Assembly (NCBI GenBank): GCA_048060725.1
Contig: JBGMQU010000003.1
Span: forward strand, 527-64,526
Source: Gemmatimonadota bacterium
GTDB taxonomy: Bacteria > Gemmatimonadota > Gemmatimonadetes > Palauibacterales > Palauibacteraceae
Direction: 5' to 3'
Length of the DNA: 64,000 nucleotides
The translations under genes and the position numbers were made by a program. Positions 36,368-45,704 of this stretch are shown in pieces. Within the stretch, counting starts at the first letter, position 1. Every line of letters starts with the position of its first letter. The notes beneath the pieces are model-generated. The model searched no databases and had not been told where the DNA came from. It saw nothing but the letters and a program-made list of their open reading frames with translations.

Positions 36368-38331
36368 CCGCCGGTCCCGTTTGCGCGTTTTCGCGCGCGT
36401 CCAGGCGTGGCAAGGAACAACTCGAGCGCCGCGAGCGCCAGTGCGAGTCCGAGGAGCCAGGGAGCCATATCGCGCCCGCGACGCCCACGAAAGACCTCAT
36501 CCTGCCATTCCGCTGCTCCGGGCCCGCCAGTGAATACGGCCCTGCCCGGAAACATCTCCGCGAGCTCGCCGGCCGGGATGGCGGTCGGGTCGAGTTCGCG
36601 CTCGGGCACGTTGACCGCGAAATGGGCCACTCGAGGCCCGCCCACGGGGTCGCCTCCGTCAACCCGGTAGATGCCCGAACGCCCGGCCGTGAACCATCCA
36701 CCGCCCTCGACGGAGGACACGCTCTGGTCGGGGGCGGTCACGGTCCGCGCCCAGGGTGGCAACGTAAGCGGGACGCCCGCGTCGAAGTCCGATGTCGGCC
36801 ACCCCGAAAGGTGAGACCACCGGACCAGCAGCGCCTCGAGAAACGGCAGAATGGCGGGGTGAGTGGGGAGATCGCTGGCGCGGGGGACGAGCGGAGACGC
36901 GAGGAGCAACACGGTGCTCGCCCGTCCAGTCGTCCGGACGAGCCAGGGCTCGCCGTCCTCCGTGCGGAGCATCGCCGAGTCGGCACCGGCAGCGATGCCC
37001 GTTCGAGGGCGCAGAAGATAGCGGTCTCGCACCCGGATCCCGGCGAGCGAGAATCCCGCATCGGGTTCATCCAGGGCGAGGCTACCCCGTCCCGGATCGA
37101 TGCGGACCGTCCACCCGACGTCAAAACCGGTCAGCATCTGGTTGAATGCCGGCACGTCCACCGGATCGGCCGGCGGGAGCAATATCAGCGTGCCCTCGGC
37201 GTTGGTGGCGGCGCCCACTCCGCCCGATGGCACGCCTTCTATCACGGTGACCGTCCCCCCGGCCGTCGAGCTCAGCCGCCCTGCATCGCGCAGGGTCTCG
37301 ATGCCGATGCGCGCGAAGCTGGTGTCGGGGCCGACGAACGTGACCCCTGGTGGCACGACGACGTGAATCGAGAAGAAGCGGGTGTCGTCCGCACGCGCCC
37401 CCGCCGGGTCGACCTCCACCCGGCCCTCGTGGGTGCCGATCGTCAGTGCGGGGAGTCCGATCGTCGCGTCCGTACCCCACGTGGCGCGCGCCGCGCCGGC
37501 GATCCGCCCATCGAGCTGAAGACGGATCGAGGCTTCGTCGGAGTCGGGCGGGTTTGTCCCGGTATCGAACGCCCCGCCCGACCTGGTGGCACGCACGATC
37601 ACACCGTGGCCGATTCCCGACGAAACGGTGGTGCCACCCGTCAGTTGAACCTCCGCGACGGCGTCATTCGGCCCGTCGGGTGGGGGCGGGACGTACGCAA
37701 CCAGCGCGGCGGCGTCCTCTCCCGTAACGGTGGCGTCGAACGCTCCACGTTGAAGATCGGAGATCAGCTGGACCTCACGCCGCCGCTGGCCGTCCGCCGG
37801 GAGCGCAGACGACGCCCGTACGACCACGTCGCGCAGATCCGCGCCGCCGTCGGAAAGCTCGATGAGCCGGAGCGCCTCTGCGGCCCGGACTCCACCTACC
37901 CCTGCAGCGACCGGATCGCCGATCGATGGGAACACCCACACCCGATCCTCCGGGCGCGTGTACTCGAGTGACTCGCGGGCCCGATCGAGCAGATGCTCGA
38001 AAAGGGTCCGGTCGCCGACCAGCCGGCCCGTACTCGCGGAATTGTCGATGACCAGCGCCAGGTCGGTCGGGTCGTGGTCGGCGGCTCCGCCTCGACCCAG
38101 GAGAGGGCCGGCGGCGGCGAGCGCCAGCGCGATCAGCAGGCCGACTCGGGTGGCCAGAAGCAGGATATCGGATGCGGCGAGCGACCGGGACCTCGCGTCT
38201 TCTGCGCTGGTCAGGTAGCGCAGCGCCGGGAACGCCACGCGGCGGTCGGTCCGGCGGCGTCGCAGGTGAAGAATGAGCGGGACGATCGCGGCGAGACCGA
38301 GTGCGATCGCCCAGGCGTGAAGAAAGCTCAT
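36319..38331 (-). CDS. BatA-N-terminal (double-TM) domain protein, 670 aa
   Basis: MSFLHAWAIALGLAAIVPLILHLRRRR...AFPALRYL...LLLATRVGLLIALALAAAGP matches the N-terminal double-transmembrane 'aerotolerance' Bat-type domain. A vWA-like segment (LALVIDNSASTG) follows, then a long extracytoplasmic region and a C-terminal TM segment. Confidence 0.7.
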   Translation of the reverse strand: MSFLHAWAIALGLAAIVPLILHLRRRRTDRRVAFPALRYLTSAEDARSRSLAASDILLLATRVGLLIALALAAAGPLLGRGGAADHDPTDLALVIDNSASTGRLVGDRTLFEHLLDRARESLEYTRPEDRVWVFPSIGDPVAAGVGGVRAAEALRLIELSDGGADLRDVVVRASSALPADGQRRREVQLISDLQRGAFDATVTGEDAAALVAYVPPPPDGPNDAVAEVQLTGGTTVSSGIGHGVIVRATRSGGAFDTGTNPPDSDEASIRLQLDGRIAGAARATWGTDATIGLPALTIGTHEGRVEVDPAGARADDTRFFSIHVVVPPGVTFVGPDTSFARIGIETLRDAGRLSSTAGGTVTVIEGVPSGGVGAATNAEGTLILLPPADPVDVPAFNQMLTGFDVGWTVRIDPGRGSLALDEPDAGFSLAGIRVRDRYLLRPRTGIAAGADSAMLRTEDGEPWLVRTTGRASTVLLLASPLVPRASDLPTHPAILPFLEALLVRWSHLSGWPTSDFDAGVPLTLPPWARTVTAPDQSVSSVEGGGWFTAGRSGIYRVDGGDPVGGPRVAHFAVNVPERELDPTAIPAGELAEMFPGRAVFTGGPGAAEWQDEVFRGRRGRDMAPWLLGLALALAALELFLATPGRARKRANGTGGWRGAEPDAEANTGAT

Positions 38332-39272
38332 CCGAGACGCGTCCGCTTACGCAGGAACCTGCGGAGCGCGAGTCCCAGGGGCGTATCGGTCGTAACGAAC
38401 GCGTATTCCGCACCCACCCGCATGGCTTCGCGCCGCCACCCGGCGATCGCCGCCTCCACCGCGTCACGATACTGCCGTCTCAGCGCCGCGGAATTCGTTC
38501 CCAGCTCTTCGCCCGTTTCCGGATCGAAGAACACCGCTTCGCCTGCAGCGGGAAGCTCCAGCTCGCCGGGATCCATGACATGGAAGATCAGCACCTCGTG
38601 CCCTCGGTGACGCAGATAACGGAGCGACGTGCGGGTCGTTTCCGGATCCACGAGCAGATCGGAGATCAGGATGACGAGGCCGCGACGCTGGAGTCGTTGC
38701 GCGACATCCTTGAGTGCGCTCCCCGCCTCGGTCCGGCCATCGGCCTCCAGCGACTCCAGCTTTCCCAGGAAGCGCCGCCAGTGCAGTCGGGTGGTGCGAG
38801 GCGCGAGATGCGCCCGCACACGTTCGTCGAAGGCAATGAGCCCGGTCGCGTCGCCCTGCTGCATGAGGAGGAGCGACAGCGAAGCCGCCAACAGACGTGC
38901 GTACGCGAGCTTCGTCGGATACCGCTCCGGGTCCGAAACCCAGTCCATGGACTTGCTCACGTCGAGGAGCATGTAGGCGCGGAGGTTGGTCTCCTCCTCG
39001 AACTGCTTGATAAACAGCCGATCGGACCGGGCGTATACCTTCCAGTCGAGGAACTTGATGTCGTCGCCGAGGTTATAGGGGCGGTTCTCGGCAAACTCGG
39101 CCGAGAAACCCCGGAAGGGCGAGCGGTGGAGCCCGATGAGAAACCCCTCTACGACCCCGCGGGCCATGAGTTCCAGGTGCTCGAGCCCGGCGATCTCGCG
39201 AGGACTGGCGAGGTCGAGGCGCTGTCGCGTGGCCTCGATCGGAGTTTGCAAGCTTGCGGTCGGTTCGTTCAC
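38328..39272 (-). CDS. DUF58 domain protein (vWA-like, usually MoxR-associated)
   Basis: HRSPFRGFSAEFAENRPYNLGDDIKFLDWKVYARSD...YMLLDVSKSM is the DUF58 pattern. The downstream gene's start overlaps this gene's stop (ATGA). Confidence 0.8.
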   Translation of the reverse strand: MNEPTASLQTPIEATRQRLDLASPREIAGLEHLELMARGVVEGFLIGLHRSPFRGFSAEFAENRPYNLGDDIKFLDWKVYARSDRLFIKQFEEETNLRAYMLLDVSKSMDWVSDPERYPTKLAYARLLAASLSLLLMQQGDATGLIAFDERVRAHLAPRTTRLHWRRFLGKLESLEADGRTEAGSALKDVAQRLQRRGLVILISDLLVDPETTRTSLRYLRHRGHEVLIFHVMDPGELELPAAGEAVFFDPETGEELGTNSAALRRQYRDAVEAAIAGWRREAMRVGAEYAFVTTDTPLGLALRRFLRKRTRLG

Positions 39273-39297
39273 AGGGAAAGACTAGCCGACGCTGACA

Positions 39298-40818
39298 GTG
39301 GTCGCCAACAGGAGAACCTCCGTGCAGAAGACTCCCTCTCGCGTTTACCGGATCGCCGGTCTGTCTCTCGTGCTCGCGTCGGTCGCGTGCTCGCAACCGG
39401 GCGGCGAGCTGTCCGCCCAGACCGATCCGACCGCGGCCGCCGAAGCCGCCGCGACAATCACGATCGAAGATCTCCAGTCACGGATCGGAGCCCTCGCAGA
39501 TGACTCGATGCGAGGCCGCGACACCCCGAGCCCCGAGCTCGAAAAGGCGGCCCGGCACATCGGGCGCCAGTTTCGTGAGTTCGGGCTCGAGCCGATCGAC
39601 GGCGACTCGTATCTGCAGACGTATCCGCTCACCCTCACGGCGCCGGGGCCCGCGTCTGCCCAGACCGTCGTCATCGATGGCCCCGGAGGAGGTGCGATTC
39701 CGGCCGAGGCGATGATCGCGGTGCCCGGCGGCCGCCTGGGGTCCGTCGACGGCCCGGTCGTGGTCACCACTGCCGCCGATCGGTCCGCACTGGGTGGCGA
39801 CGTCGCCGTGCTGCACGTGACCCAGGACGGCATGCAGGCGGCCCTGGGCGCCGTACGGGGGATTCTGGATCGCGGTGCCGGGGGTCTGCTGCTCTCCGTC
39901 GACGCGCCGGATTTCTACCTGCAGGGCCTGAGGCGTTTCTTCGACCGCGAGCAGCTTTCCGTCGGAGTCGTTGACGAGTTGCTGGCTCCCGTGGTGCTGG
40001 TCTCGCACGCCGCGTTGCCTGAGGGGCTTCAGGCGGCGATCGGGTCATCCGGGTCCACGACCGGGTATGCGGCGACCGTGACGACGAGCGCGAGCATCCG
40101 CGAAACTCTGGCGTTCAACACGATCGGCTGGATCGAGGGATCGGACCCCGATTTGCGCGACGAGTACGTGGTGTTCTCCGCGCATATGGACCACGTCGGC
40201 GTGGGCGAGCCCGTAGACGGAGATTCGATCTACAACGGAGCGGACGACGACGCGTCGGGTACGGCCGCCGTCATCGAGCTCGCCGAGGCCTTCGCTTCGA
40301 TGGAAACTCCGCCGCGCCGTTCCCTCGTGTTCCTCCTCGTGAGCGGAGAAGAAAAGGGCCTTCTCGGTTCAGAGTGGTACGCGGAGCACCCCGTATTTCC
40401 GCTGGAGTCCACGGTCGCGAACCTGAACATCGACATGATCGGTCGGAACTGGCAGGACACGGTGGTCGCCATCGGTCGAGACGAGAGTTCACTCGGCGAG
40501 ACGCTGGAGGACGTGGTCGCGGATCGCACGGAACTCGGGTTGACCATGATCGACGATCCGTGGCCGGAGGAGCGTTTCTACTTCCGCTCAGACCATTACA
40601 ATTTCGCGCGCAACGGCGTCCCTATCCTCTTCTTTTTCACCGGCACGCATGCGGACTATCACGGGCTACGGGACGAACCGGACCGCATTCTCTACGACAA
40701 GACGTCGCGCATCGCCCGGCTGATTTTCTATCTCGGCCTCGAGATCGCGGATGCGGACGGGCGGCCCGTTTGGGATCAGGCTGCCTATCGGCGGGTCGTT
40801 CAGGAGGGAGGCCGTTGA
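39298..40818 (+). CDS. M28 family metallopeptidase with PA domain (lipoprotein)
   Basis: The lipobox is LASVAC. M28 motifs are VVFSAHMDHVG, GADDDASGTAAVIELA, SGEEKGLLGS and SDHYNF. Confidence 0.85.
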   Translation: MVANRRTSVQKTPSRVYRIAGLSLVLASVACSQPGGELSAQTDPTAAAEAAATITIEDLQSRIGALADDSMRGRDTPSPELEKAARHIGRQFREFGLEPIDGDSYLQTYPLTLTAPGPASAQTVVIDGPGGGAIPAEAMIAVPGGRLGSVDGPVVVTTAADRSALGGDVAVLHVTQDGMQAALGAVRGILDRGAGGLLLSVDAPDFYLQGLRRFFDREQLSVGVVDELLAPVVLVSHAALPEGLQAAIGSSGSTTGYAATVTTSASIRETLAFNTIGWIEGSDPDLRDEYVVFSAHMDHVGVGEPVDGDSIYNGADDDASGTAAVIELAEAFASMETPPRRSLVFLLVSGEEKGLLGSEWYAEHPVFPLESTVANLNIDMIGRNWQDTVVAIGRDESSLGETLEDVVADRTELGLTMIDDPWPEERFYFRSDHYNFARNGVPILFFFTGTHADYHGLRDEPDRILYDKTSRIARLIFYLGLEIADADGRPVWDQAAYRRVVQEGGR

Positions 40819-40904
40819 GGGTTCGGCACGATAGATTGTATCGGTGCGGGGGGACCACACGGCGGGTTCGCCCCGGTTCATCAAACAGCACCGAGGGTAT
40901 AGCG

Positions 40905-41387
40905 ATGTCAGAGAATCAACAGCAGCCATACGTCATCGTCGAGCGGCACGGGTCGGGGCTCATCGCGTTCGTCATGGGCGCGATGGTCGGGGCGGTGACC
41001 GCCCTGCTTCTCGCGCCGAAGAGCGGAGAGGAAACGCAACGGGGTCTGCGCGACGGAGCAAGACGCGTTCGAGAAGACGCGGGCACGCGGATCGGCGAGT
41101 TGCGGGGCAGCGTGGAGGAAGGATACGAGAAGGCTCGCTCCGAGATCGGAGATCGCGTCGAGTCGGCCCGTGACACGGTTCGCGACCGGCGTCACCGGGC
41201 GGAGGAGGCCCTGAAGGCCGGAAAGGACGCGGCGAGTCAGGCCCGCACCGATCTCGAGCAGCGAGTTGCCGAATCCAAGGCCGCCTACAGGGCCGCACTC
41301 GACGGTGCGACCGACGTGGAGCCTGATGACGGGGAAGAAGCGGCAGTAGAAGCAGGAGGGCCGGACGAGGACTCGGAGGCCTCGTAG
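40905..41387 (+). CDS. YtxH domain protein
   Basis: The ATG at 40905 gives GLIAFVMGAMVGAVTALLLAPKSGEETQRGLRDGA, which is the YtxH motif. An Ala- and charge-rich helical tail follows. Confidence 0.75.
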   Translation: MSENQQQPYVIVERHGSGLIAFVMGAMVGAVTALLLAPKSGEETQRGLRDGARRVREDAGTRIGELRGSVEEGYEKARSEIGDRVESARDTVRDRRHRAEEALKAGKDAASQARTDLEQRVAESKAAYRAALDGATDVEPDDGEEAAVEAGGPDEDSEAS

Positions 41388-41415
41388 CTCCGCACTTCGC
41401 CAGGGCGACTGAACG

Positions 41416-42285
41416 GTGAGGGCCGAACCTCACCCGGTACGGTCGTTCGTCGCTCGGGTATACACGCGTGCTGCGGACGACCGGATTTTCTTTCTGGCGT
41501 CGGGGGTCACGTTCAGCGTGGTGCTCGCCGCGATTCCGTTTCTGCTCTTGCTGATCGCGGTTCCGACGTGGCTGCTGGGCGCCGAGTCCGGAGATTTCCG
41601 AGACCAGACCCTGATCTACCTGTGGCGGATCTTTCCCGTCGACGCGCCGGCGGTAAAGGAAGATCTCCGCCAGCAGTTGGACGTGGTCCTCGACAGCGCC
41701 GGTTCGATCGGGCTCATCAGCGGCATCGTGTTCGTCTGGCTCTCGACCAGGTTGTTCGGTGCACTCAGAACCGCGCTCAGCATCGTGTTCGACATGGAGG
41801 AGACACAGAGCGTAATACTCGGGAAGCTGCTCGATCTCCGTCTCGTTGCCGTCAGTTCGCTTCTTCTGGTCGCCAATTTCGCCCTCACGATCTGGCTGAA
41901 CGTCAACCGACGGCTACTCCCCGGTGGCGGAACGCTCGATCTGCCATTTGGCCAGGAGTTCACCGCCTTCGCCACGGCGCTGGTGACCGTGTTCGTGATG
42001 TTCCTGCTGATCTATCGATTCGTGCCCGCCCGACGTCTCAAATGGCGTTCCGCGGCCGTCGCGGCCGCCGTCGCGGCCGTCTCGTTCGAAGTGTTGAAGT
42101 TCGCCTTCGGCCGCTATATCGCAGCGTACTCGAACGTATCGTCGATCTTCTTTACGTTCACAACGCTCGTCGTTCTGGTGCTGGCCGTGTACTACGCGTC
42201 GATCCTCTTTCTGGTCGGCGGCGAAGTCGCGCAGACGCTTCGCGTCCACCGCCTGATCCGGCGACAGAGGGAGATCTTCCAGTGA
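41416..42285 (+). CDS. YihY/BrkB family membrane protein
   Basis: The 289-aa polytopic protein has [20 protein letters not shown] near the N-terminus and YGAxxxLVVLLLWxY-like [21 protein letters not shown] near the C-terminus. Confidence 0.8.
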   Translation: MRAEPHPVRSFVARVYTRAADDRIFFLASGVTFSVVLAAIPFLLLLIAVPTWLLGAESGDFRDQTLIYLWRIFPVDAPAVKEDLRQQLDVVLDSAGSIGLISGIVFVWLSTRLFGALRTALSIVFDMEETQSVILGKLLDLRLVAVSSLLLVANFALTIWLNVNRRLLPGGGTLDLPFGQEFTAFATALVTVFVMFLLIYRFVPARRLKWRSAAVAAAVAAVSFEVLKFAFGRYIAAYSNVSSIFFTFTTLVVLVLAVYYASILFLVGGEVAQTLRVHRLIRRQREIFQ

Positions 42286-42345
42286 ACGGCCGCCCGACCT
42301 TAGATTCGCTGTCCGACGACGTGGCCGTAGAGGGGAGGGGCAGGG

Positions 42346-42816
42346 GTGGCTGAAGACGAGGGCATCAAGATCGTCGCGCGCAACAGAAAGGCGCGTCACG
42401 AGTATGAGATCCTCGAGGAGTACGAGGCCGGTCTCGTGCTGAAGGGCGCGGAAGTGAAGTCTCTGCGGAACGGCCAGGCCAGTTTTGCCGATTCGTTCGG
42501 ACGCGTCCAGAACGGTGAGTTCTGGCTGCACAGCCTTCACATTCCGCCGTACGAGAACGCGTCGGTCGATACGCTTGATCCCGTTCGCCCGCGAAAGCTG
42601 CTCTTGCACAGGAGAGAGATAGACCGGCTACGCGCGAAAACGGAGGAGGCCGGCCTGACGCTGGTGCCGCTCGACATCCACTTTCGCGGGGGTCGGGCCA
42701 AGATCCAGATGGGGCTGGCGAGAGGAAAAAAGCGATACGATCGGCGAGAGGACCTGAAGAAGAAGGCGATGAAACGCGATGCGGACAGGGCGGTCACGGA
42801 CGCGCTGCGTCGGTGA
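42346..42816 (+). CDS. smpB: SsrA-binding protein
   Basis: IVARNRKARHEYEILEEYEAGLVLKGAEVKSLR...HIPPYE...RPRKLLLHRREI. Confidence 0.95.
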   Translation: MAEDEGIKIVARNRKARHEYEILEEYEAGLVLKGAEVKSLRNGQASFADSFGRVQNGEFWLHSLHIPPYENASVDTLDPVRPRKLLLHRREIDRLRAKTEEAGLTLVPLDIHFRGGRAKIQMGLARGKKRYDRREDLKKKAMKRDADRAVTDALRR

Positions 42817-42835
42817 TGCGCGCCGGGGAGGGGAC

Positions 42836-43987
42836 GTGAAGGGCGGGGCGTGGCTGGTCGCTCTCGTGCTGGCGGTCGGGCCGACAGACGCGCTCGCACA
42901 GGCCCAACCCGAGCGTGTCGAGGCCGAGGTCGGGGGGCGTCGAGCGGGACTGCGGGTCTCGAGCCACCAGGCGTACCCCGTGGTCAACGGCGGCGAACTC
43001 GTCTCCGCCGTGCTCGATGCGGGGACGGTGTCTGGATCTTTCCTCAGGGCCCGACTCGGGTCCGCCGAGCTCGTCCTGGAGGCGGGATCGCCCTTCTTCC
43101 AATATGGAAACCGGGCGTTTCAACTCGCGAATGCGCCGTATTTGTGGGGCGGAGCCTTCTGGATTCCTGTCGAATTCGTGACCGATTGGCTGCCTACATA
43201 TGCAGGAGGCCCCACCTCCGTCACCACGATCGTAGAGGACGAAATGGCCCGTCGCGTCGACCCGACGGTGCCGTGGCACGTGGTGATAGACGCGGGCCAC
43301 GGCGGGCGCGATCCGGGCACGCTCGGGGATCGGTCCCGTGAGAAGGACATCGTACTCGCGATCAGCCGTGCACTGCGCGATGAACTGAGAGCGACCGGCA
43401 CGATCGAGCCTGCGATGACGCGCGATACCGATGTCTACGTTCCGCATGACGATCGGTCGGCTTTCGCGGTGGAGCAGGGGGGTGACCTGTTCGTATCGAT
43501 CCACGCGAATTCGGTCCCATCGGCCAGTTCGGCTCGGGGCTTCGAGACGTACTTCCTCGGGCCGGCCCGCTCGGAAGAGGCCAGAAGGGTCGCGCTCCGC
43601 GAGAATCGGACGCCCGACGTCGGAGGGGCGCACGCCGGGTCCATCGACGATCGTCTCTTCATCCTCACCGGTCTCGACCGTACGGAGAACATCTCGGAGT
43701 CGCGTCGATTCGCGGGTTTCGTCCAGAATGCTCTGCGGGAAGCCAGGGGGGCCGGCGTGCCCGACCGCGGAGTGAAACAGGGTCCGTGGTGGGTGTTGCT
43801 GGGGGCGTTGGCCCGGATGCCGTCGGTAATCATCGAGGTGGGATTCGTGAGCAACCCGCGCGAGGAGGCGTACCTGGCCAGCGTGGAGGGACAGCGGGAG
43901 GTGGCGCGGGCGATCGCGCGGGCCATCGTGTCGTACCGGGAGGATGTGATACGAAGATTCTCCGGTCAGGAAGGAGCGGGGCGCTGA
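42836..43987 (+). CDS. N-acetylmuramoyl-L-alanine amidase (Amidase_3) with AMIN-like N-terminal domain
   Basis: I chose the GTG at 42836, preceded by a GGGGAGGGG SD-like sequence. A signal peptide is present. VVIDAGHGGRDPG...EKDIVLAI...FVSIHANS...ETYF...VIIEVGFVSNPRE fits Amidase_3. Confidence 0.85.
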   Translation: MKGGAWLVALVLAVGPTDALAQAQPERVEAEVGGRRAGLRVSSHQAYPVVNGGELVSAVLDAGTVSGSFLRARLGSAELVLEAGSPFFQYGNRAFQLANAPYLWGGAFWIPVEFVTDWLPTYAGGPTSVTTIVEDEMARRVDPTVPWHVVIDAGHGGRDPGTLGDRSREKDIVLAISRALRDELRATGTIEPAMTRDTDVYVPHDDRSAFAVEQGGDLFVSIHANSVPSASSARGFETYFLGPARSEEARRVALRENRTPDVGGAHAGSIDDRLFILTGLDRTENISESRRFAGFVQNALREARGAGVPDRGVKQGPWWVLLGALARMPSVIIEVGFVSNPREEAYLASVEGQREVARAIARAIVSYREDVIRRFSGQEGAGR

Positions 43988-43992
43988 CGCCG

Positions 43993-44775
43993 ATGACGCG
44001 CCCGGTACGTGACGAAGCGGAGTTGGTCTCCTCCCGCCGTGTGGCGCGTGACACATGGTGGCAGGAATACCGGTCGCCCGAGATCGCGGCGGCGGCTCGC
44101 CCCGGTCAGTTCGTCATGCTGGGGCTCGGCCTCGATAAACCCGGTACGTGGTTGCTCCCGCGGCCGTTCAGCGTCGGCTGGCGCTCCGACGACGGGCGGA
44201 TCGGAATTCTGCTGCGGGTGTTCGGACGGGGGACGCGCGCGTTGTCGGGGCTCGTTCCCGGCGACCGGGCCCTCGTCCTCGGTCCGCTGGGGACCGCCTT
44301 CCAGGCCGAGCCGGACCGAATGACCGAGTGCGTGGCGGGGGGAGTCGGGCTGGCGCCGTTCATCTTCCTCGCCGCAGACCGGTTCGCCGGTGGGCACCCC
44401 ACCCGATTGATCTACGGCGAGCGCGACGCCGGGGCCGTCTTCGACATGGAGTTGCTCACGTCCCTCACGGGAGTGGAGCCGGAAATCTATACGGAAGACG
44501 GGTCAGCGGGACGGCAGGGCCGGGTCACGGCAGGGCTCGAAGCGACCTCGAACGCGACGATCTGTGCCTGCGGGCCCACCCCGATGCTCGTGGCGCTGGC
44601 CCGGTTCGCGAAGGAAAACGGCCGGGATCTCCAGGTCTCCGTCGAGGAGCACATGGGCTGTGGGATCGGAACATGTCAGGGGTGCGTCGTCCGGTCCGCG
44701 GAGGGGCGCTGGATGAAGGCCTGCATCGAAGGACCGGTGTTCCGCGCCCGCGACCTCGACTGGGGCGCCCCGTGA
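43993..44775 (+). CDS. pyrK: Dihydroorotate dehydrogenase (NAD+) electron-transfer subunit
   Basis: The ATG is at 43993. The protein has an FAD/NAD-binding fold (PGQFVMLG, RPFSV, GGVGLAPF) and a C-terminal 2Fe-2S motif, MGCGIGTCQGCVV...C. Confidence 0.85.
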   Translation: MTRPVRDEAELVSSRRVARDTWWQEYRSPEIAAAARPGQFVMLGLGLDKPGTWLLPRPFSVGWRSDDGRIGILLRVFGRGTRALSGLVPGDRALVLGPLGTAFQAEPDRMTECVAGGVGLAPFIFLAADRFAGGHPTRLIYGERDAGAVFDMELLTSLTGVEPEIYTEDGSAGRQGRVTAGLEATSNATICACGPTPMLVALARFAKENGRDLQVSVEEHMGCGIGTCQGCVVRSAEGRWMKACIEGPVFRARDLDWGAP

Positions 44776-44786
44776 CCGGCCCGATC

Positions 44787-45704
44787 ATGGCCCAGACGCT
44801 GTTCGGCGTCGAGATCGCCAGCCCGGTCTTTCTGGCGTCGGGCACGTGCGGGTACGGTCAGGAGTATGCGGACCTGATTCCGCTCGACGAAATCGGGGGA
44901 ATCTTCACGAAAGCCGTGAGCATCGAACCCCGCACGGGGAATCCCCCGCACCGCGTCGCCGAGACGCCGGGCGGGATGATCAATGCGATCGGCCTCGAAA
45001 ACGTCGGTCTCGACCGATTCATTTCCGAGAAGCTCGTGTGGCTTCGCGAGCACCTGACGCGAGCGCACGTGTTCGTCAACGTGGTCGGCCGAACCGCGGA
45101 CGAGTATGCGGCCGTCGTGTCCGGCCTCGACCCGCACGACGGGTTCCTGGGGTTCGAGATCAACGTGTCCTGCCCCAACGTGACGGGCGGCACGATGTTC
45201 GGTACCGACGAGTCGGCGCTCGCCGATCTGGTCGCTCGCCTCCGTAAGGAGACCGATCGTCCGCTGGTGATCAAGCTCACACCGAACGTGGCCGACGTCG
45301 GTGTCTTCGCGCGAATCTGCGAGGAGCAGGGGGCCGATGGGCTGAGCGCGATCAACACGTTCCCCGGCATGCTCATCGACACGGCGTCGCGTCGCCCGGT
45401 GATCGGCAATCGGTCGGGCGGTGTGAGCGGCCCCGCGATTCTCCCCATGGGCGTCTATGCGACGTGGCGTGCGCGGCAGGTGACCAAGATCCCGATCATC
45501 GGGATCGGAGGGATTCGAAACGGAGACGATGCGGTCCAGTACCTGCTGGCCGGGGCCGCCCTGGTGCAGGTCGGGACGGCGTCCTTCGTCGACCCTGACG
45601 CCGCCGTCACTACACACGCGGGGATACGGGACTATCTCGAGACCCACCGCGTGGCCCGGCTGGAGGATCTCGTAGGAACACTGATCGACCAACCTCCCGC
45701 ATGA
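44787..45704 (+). CDS. pyrD: Dihydroorotate dehydrogenase catalytic subunit (class 1B)
   Basis: The ATG at 44787 gives LFGVEIASPVFLASGTCGYG...GMINAIGLENVGLD...INVSCPNV...IKLTPNV...GLSAINT...GGVSGPAI...IIGIGGI. Confidence 0.9.
   Translation: MAQTLFGVEIASPVFLASGTCGYGQEYADLIPLDEIGGIFTKAVSIEPRTGNPPHRVAETPGGMINAIGLENVGLDRFISEKLVWLREHLTRAHVFVNVVGRTADEYAAVVSGLDPHDGFLGFEINVSCPNVTGGTMFGTDESALADLVARLRKETDRPLVIKLTPNVADVGVFARICEEQGADGLSAINTFPGMLIDTASRRPVIGNRSGGVSGPAILPMGVYATWRARQVTKIPIIGIGGIRNGDDAVQYLLAGAALVQVGTASFVDPDAAVTTHAGIRDYLETHRVARLEDLVGTLIDQPPA

Noticed and set aside
42286-42345. I looked for a tmRNA (ssrA) gene next to smpB.
   Set aside because: The flanks are short and coding on both sides. 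No tRNA-like acceptor/T-arm or tag-reading-frame features were seen.
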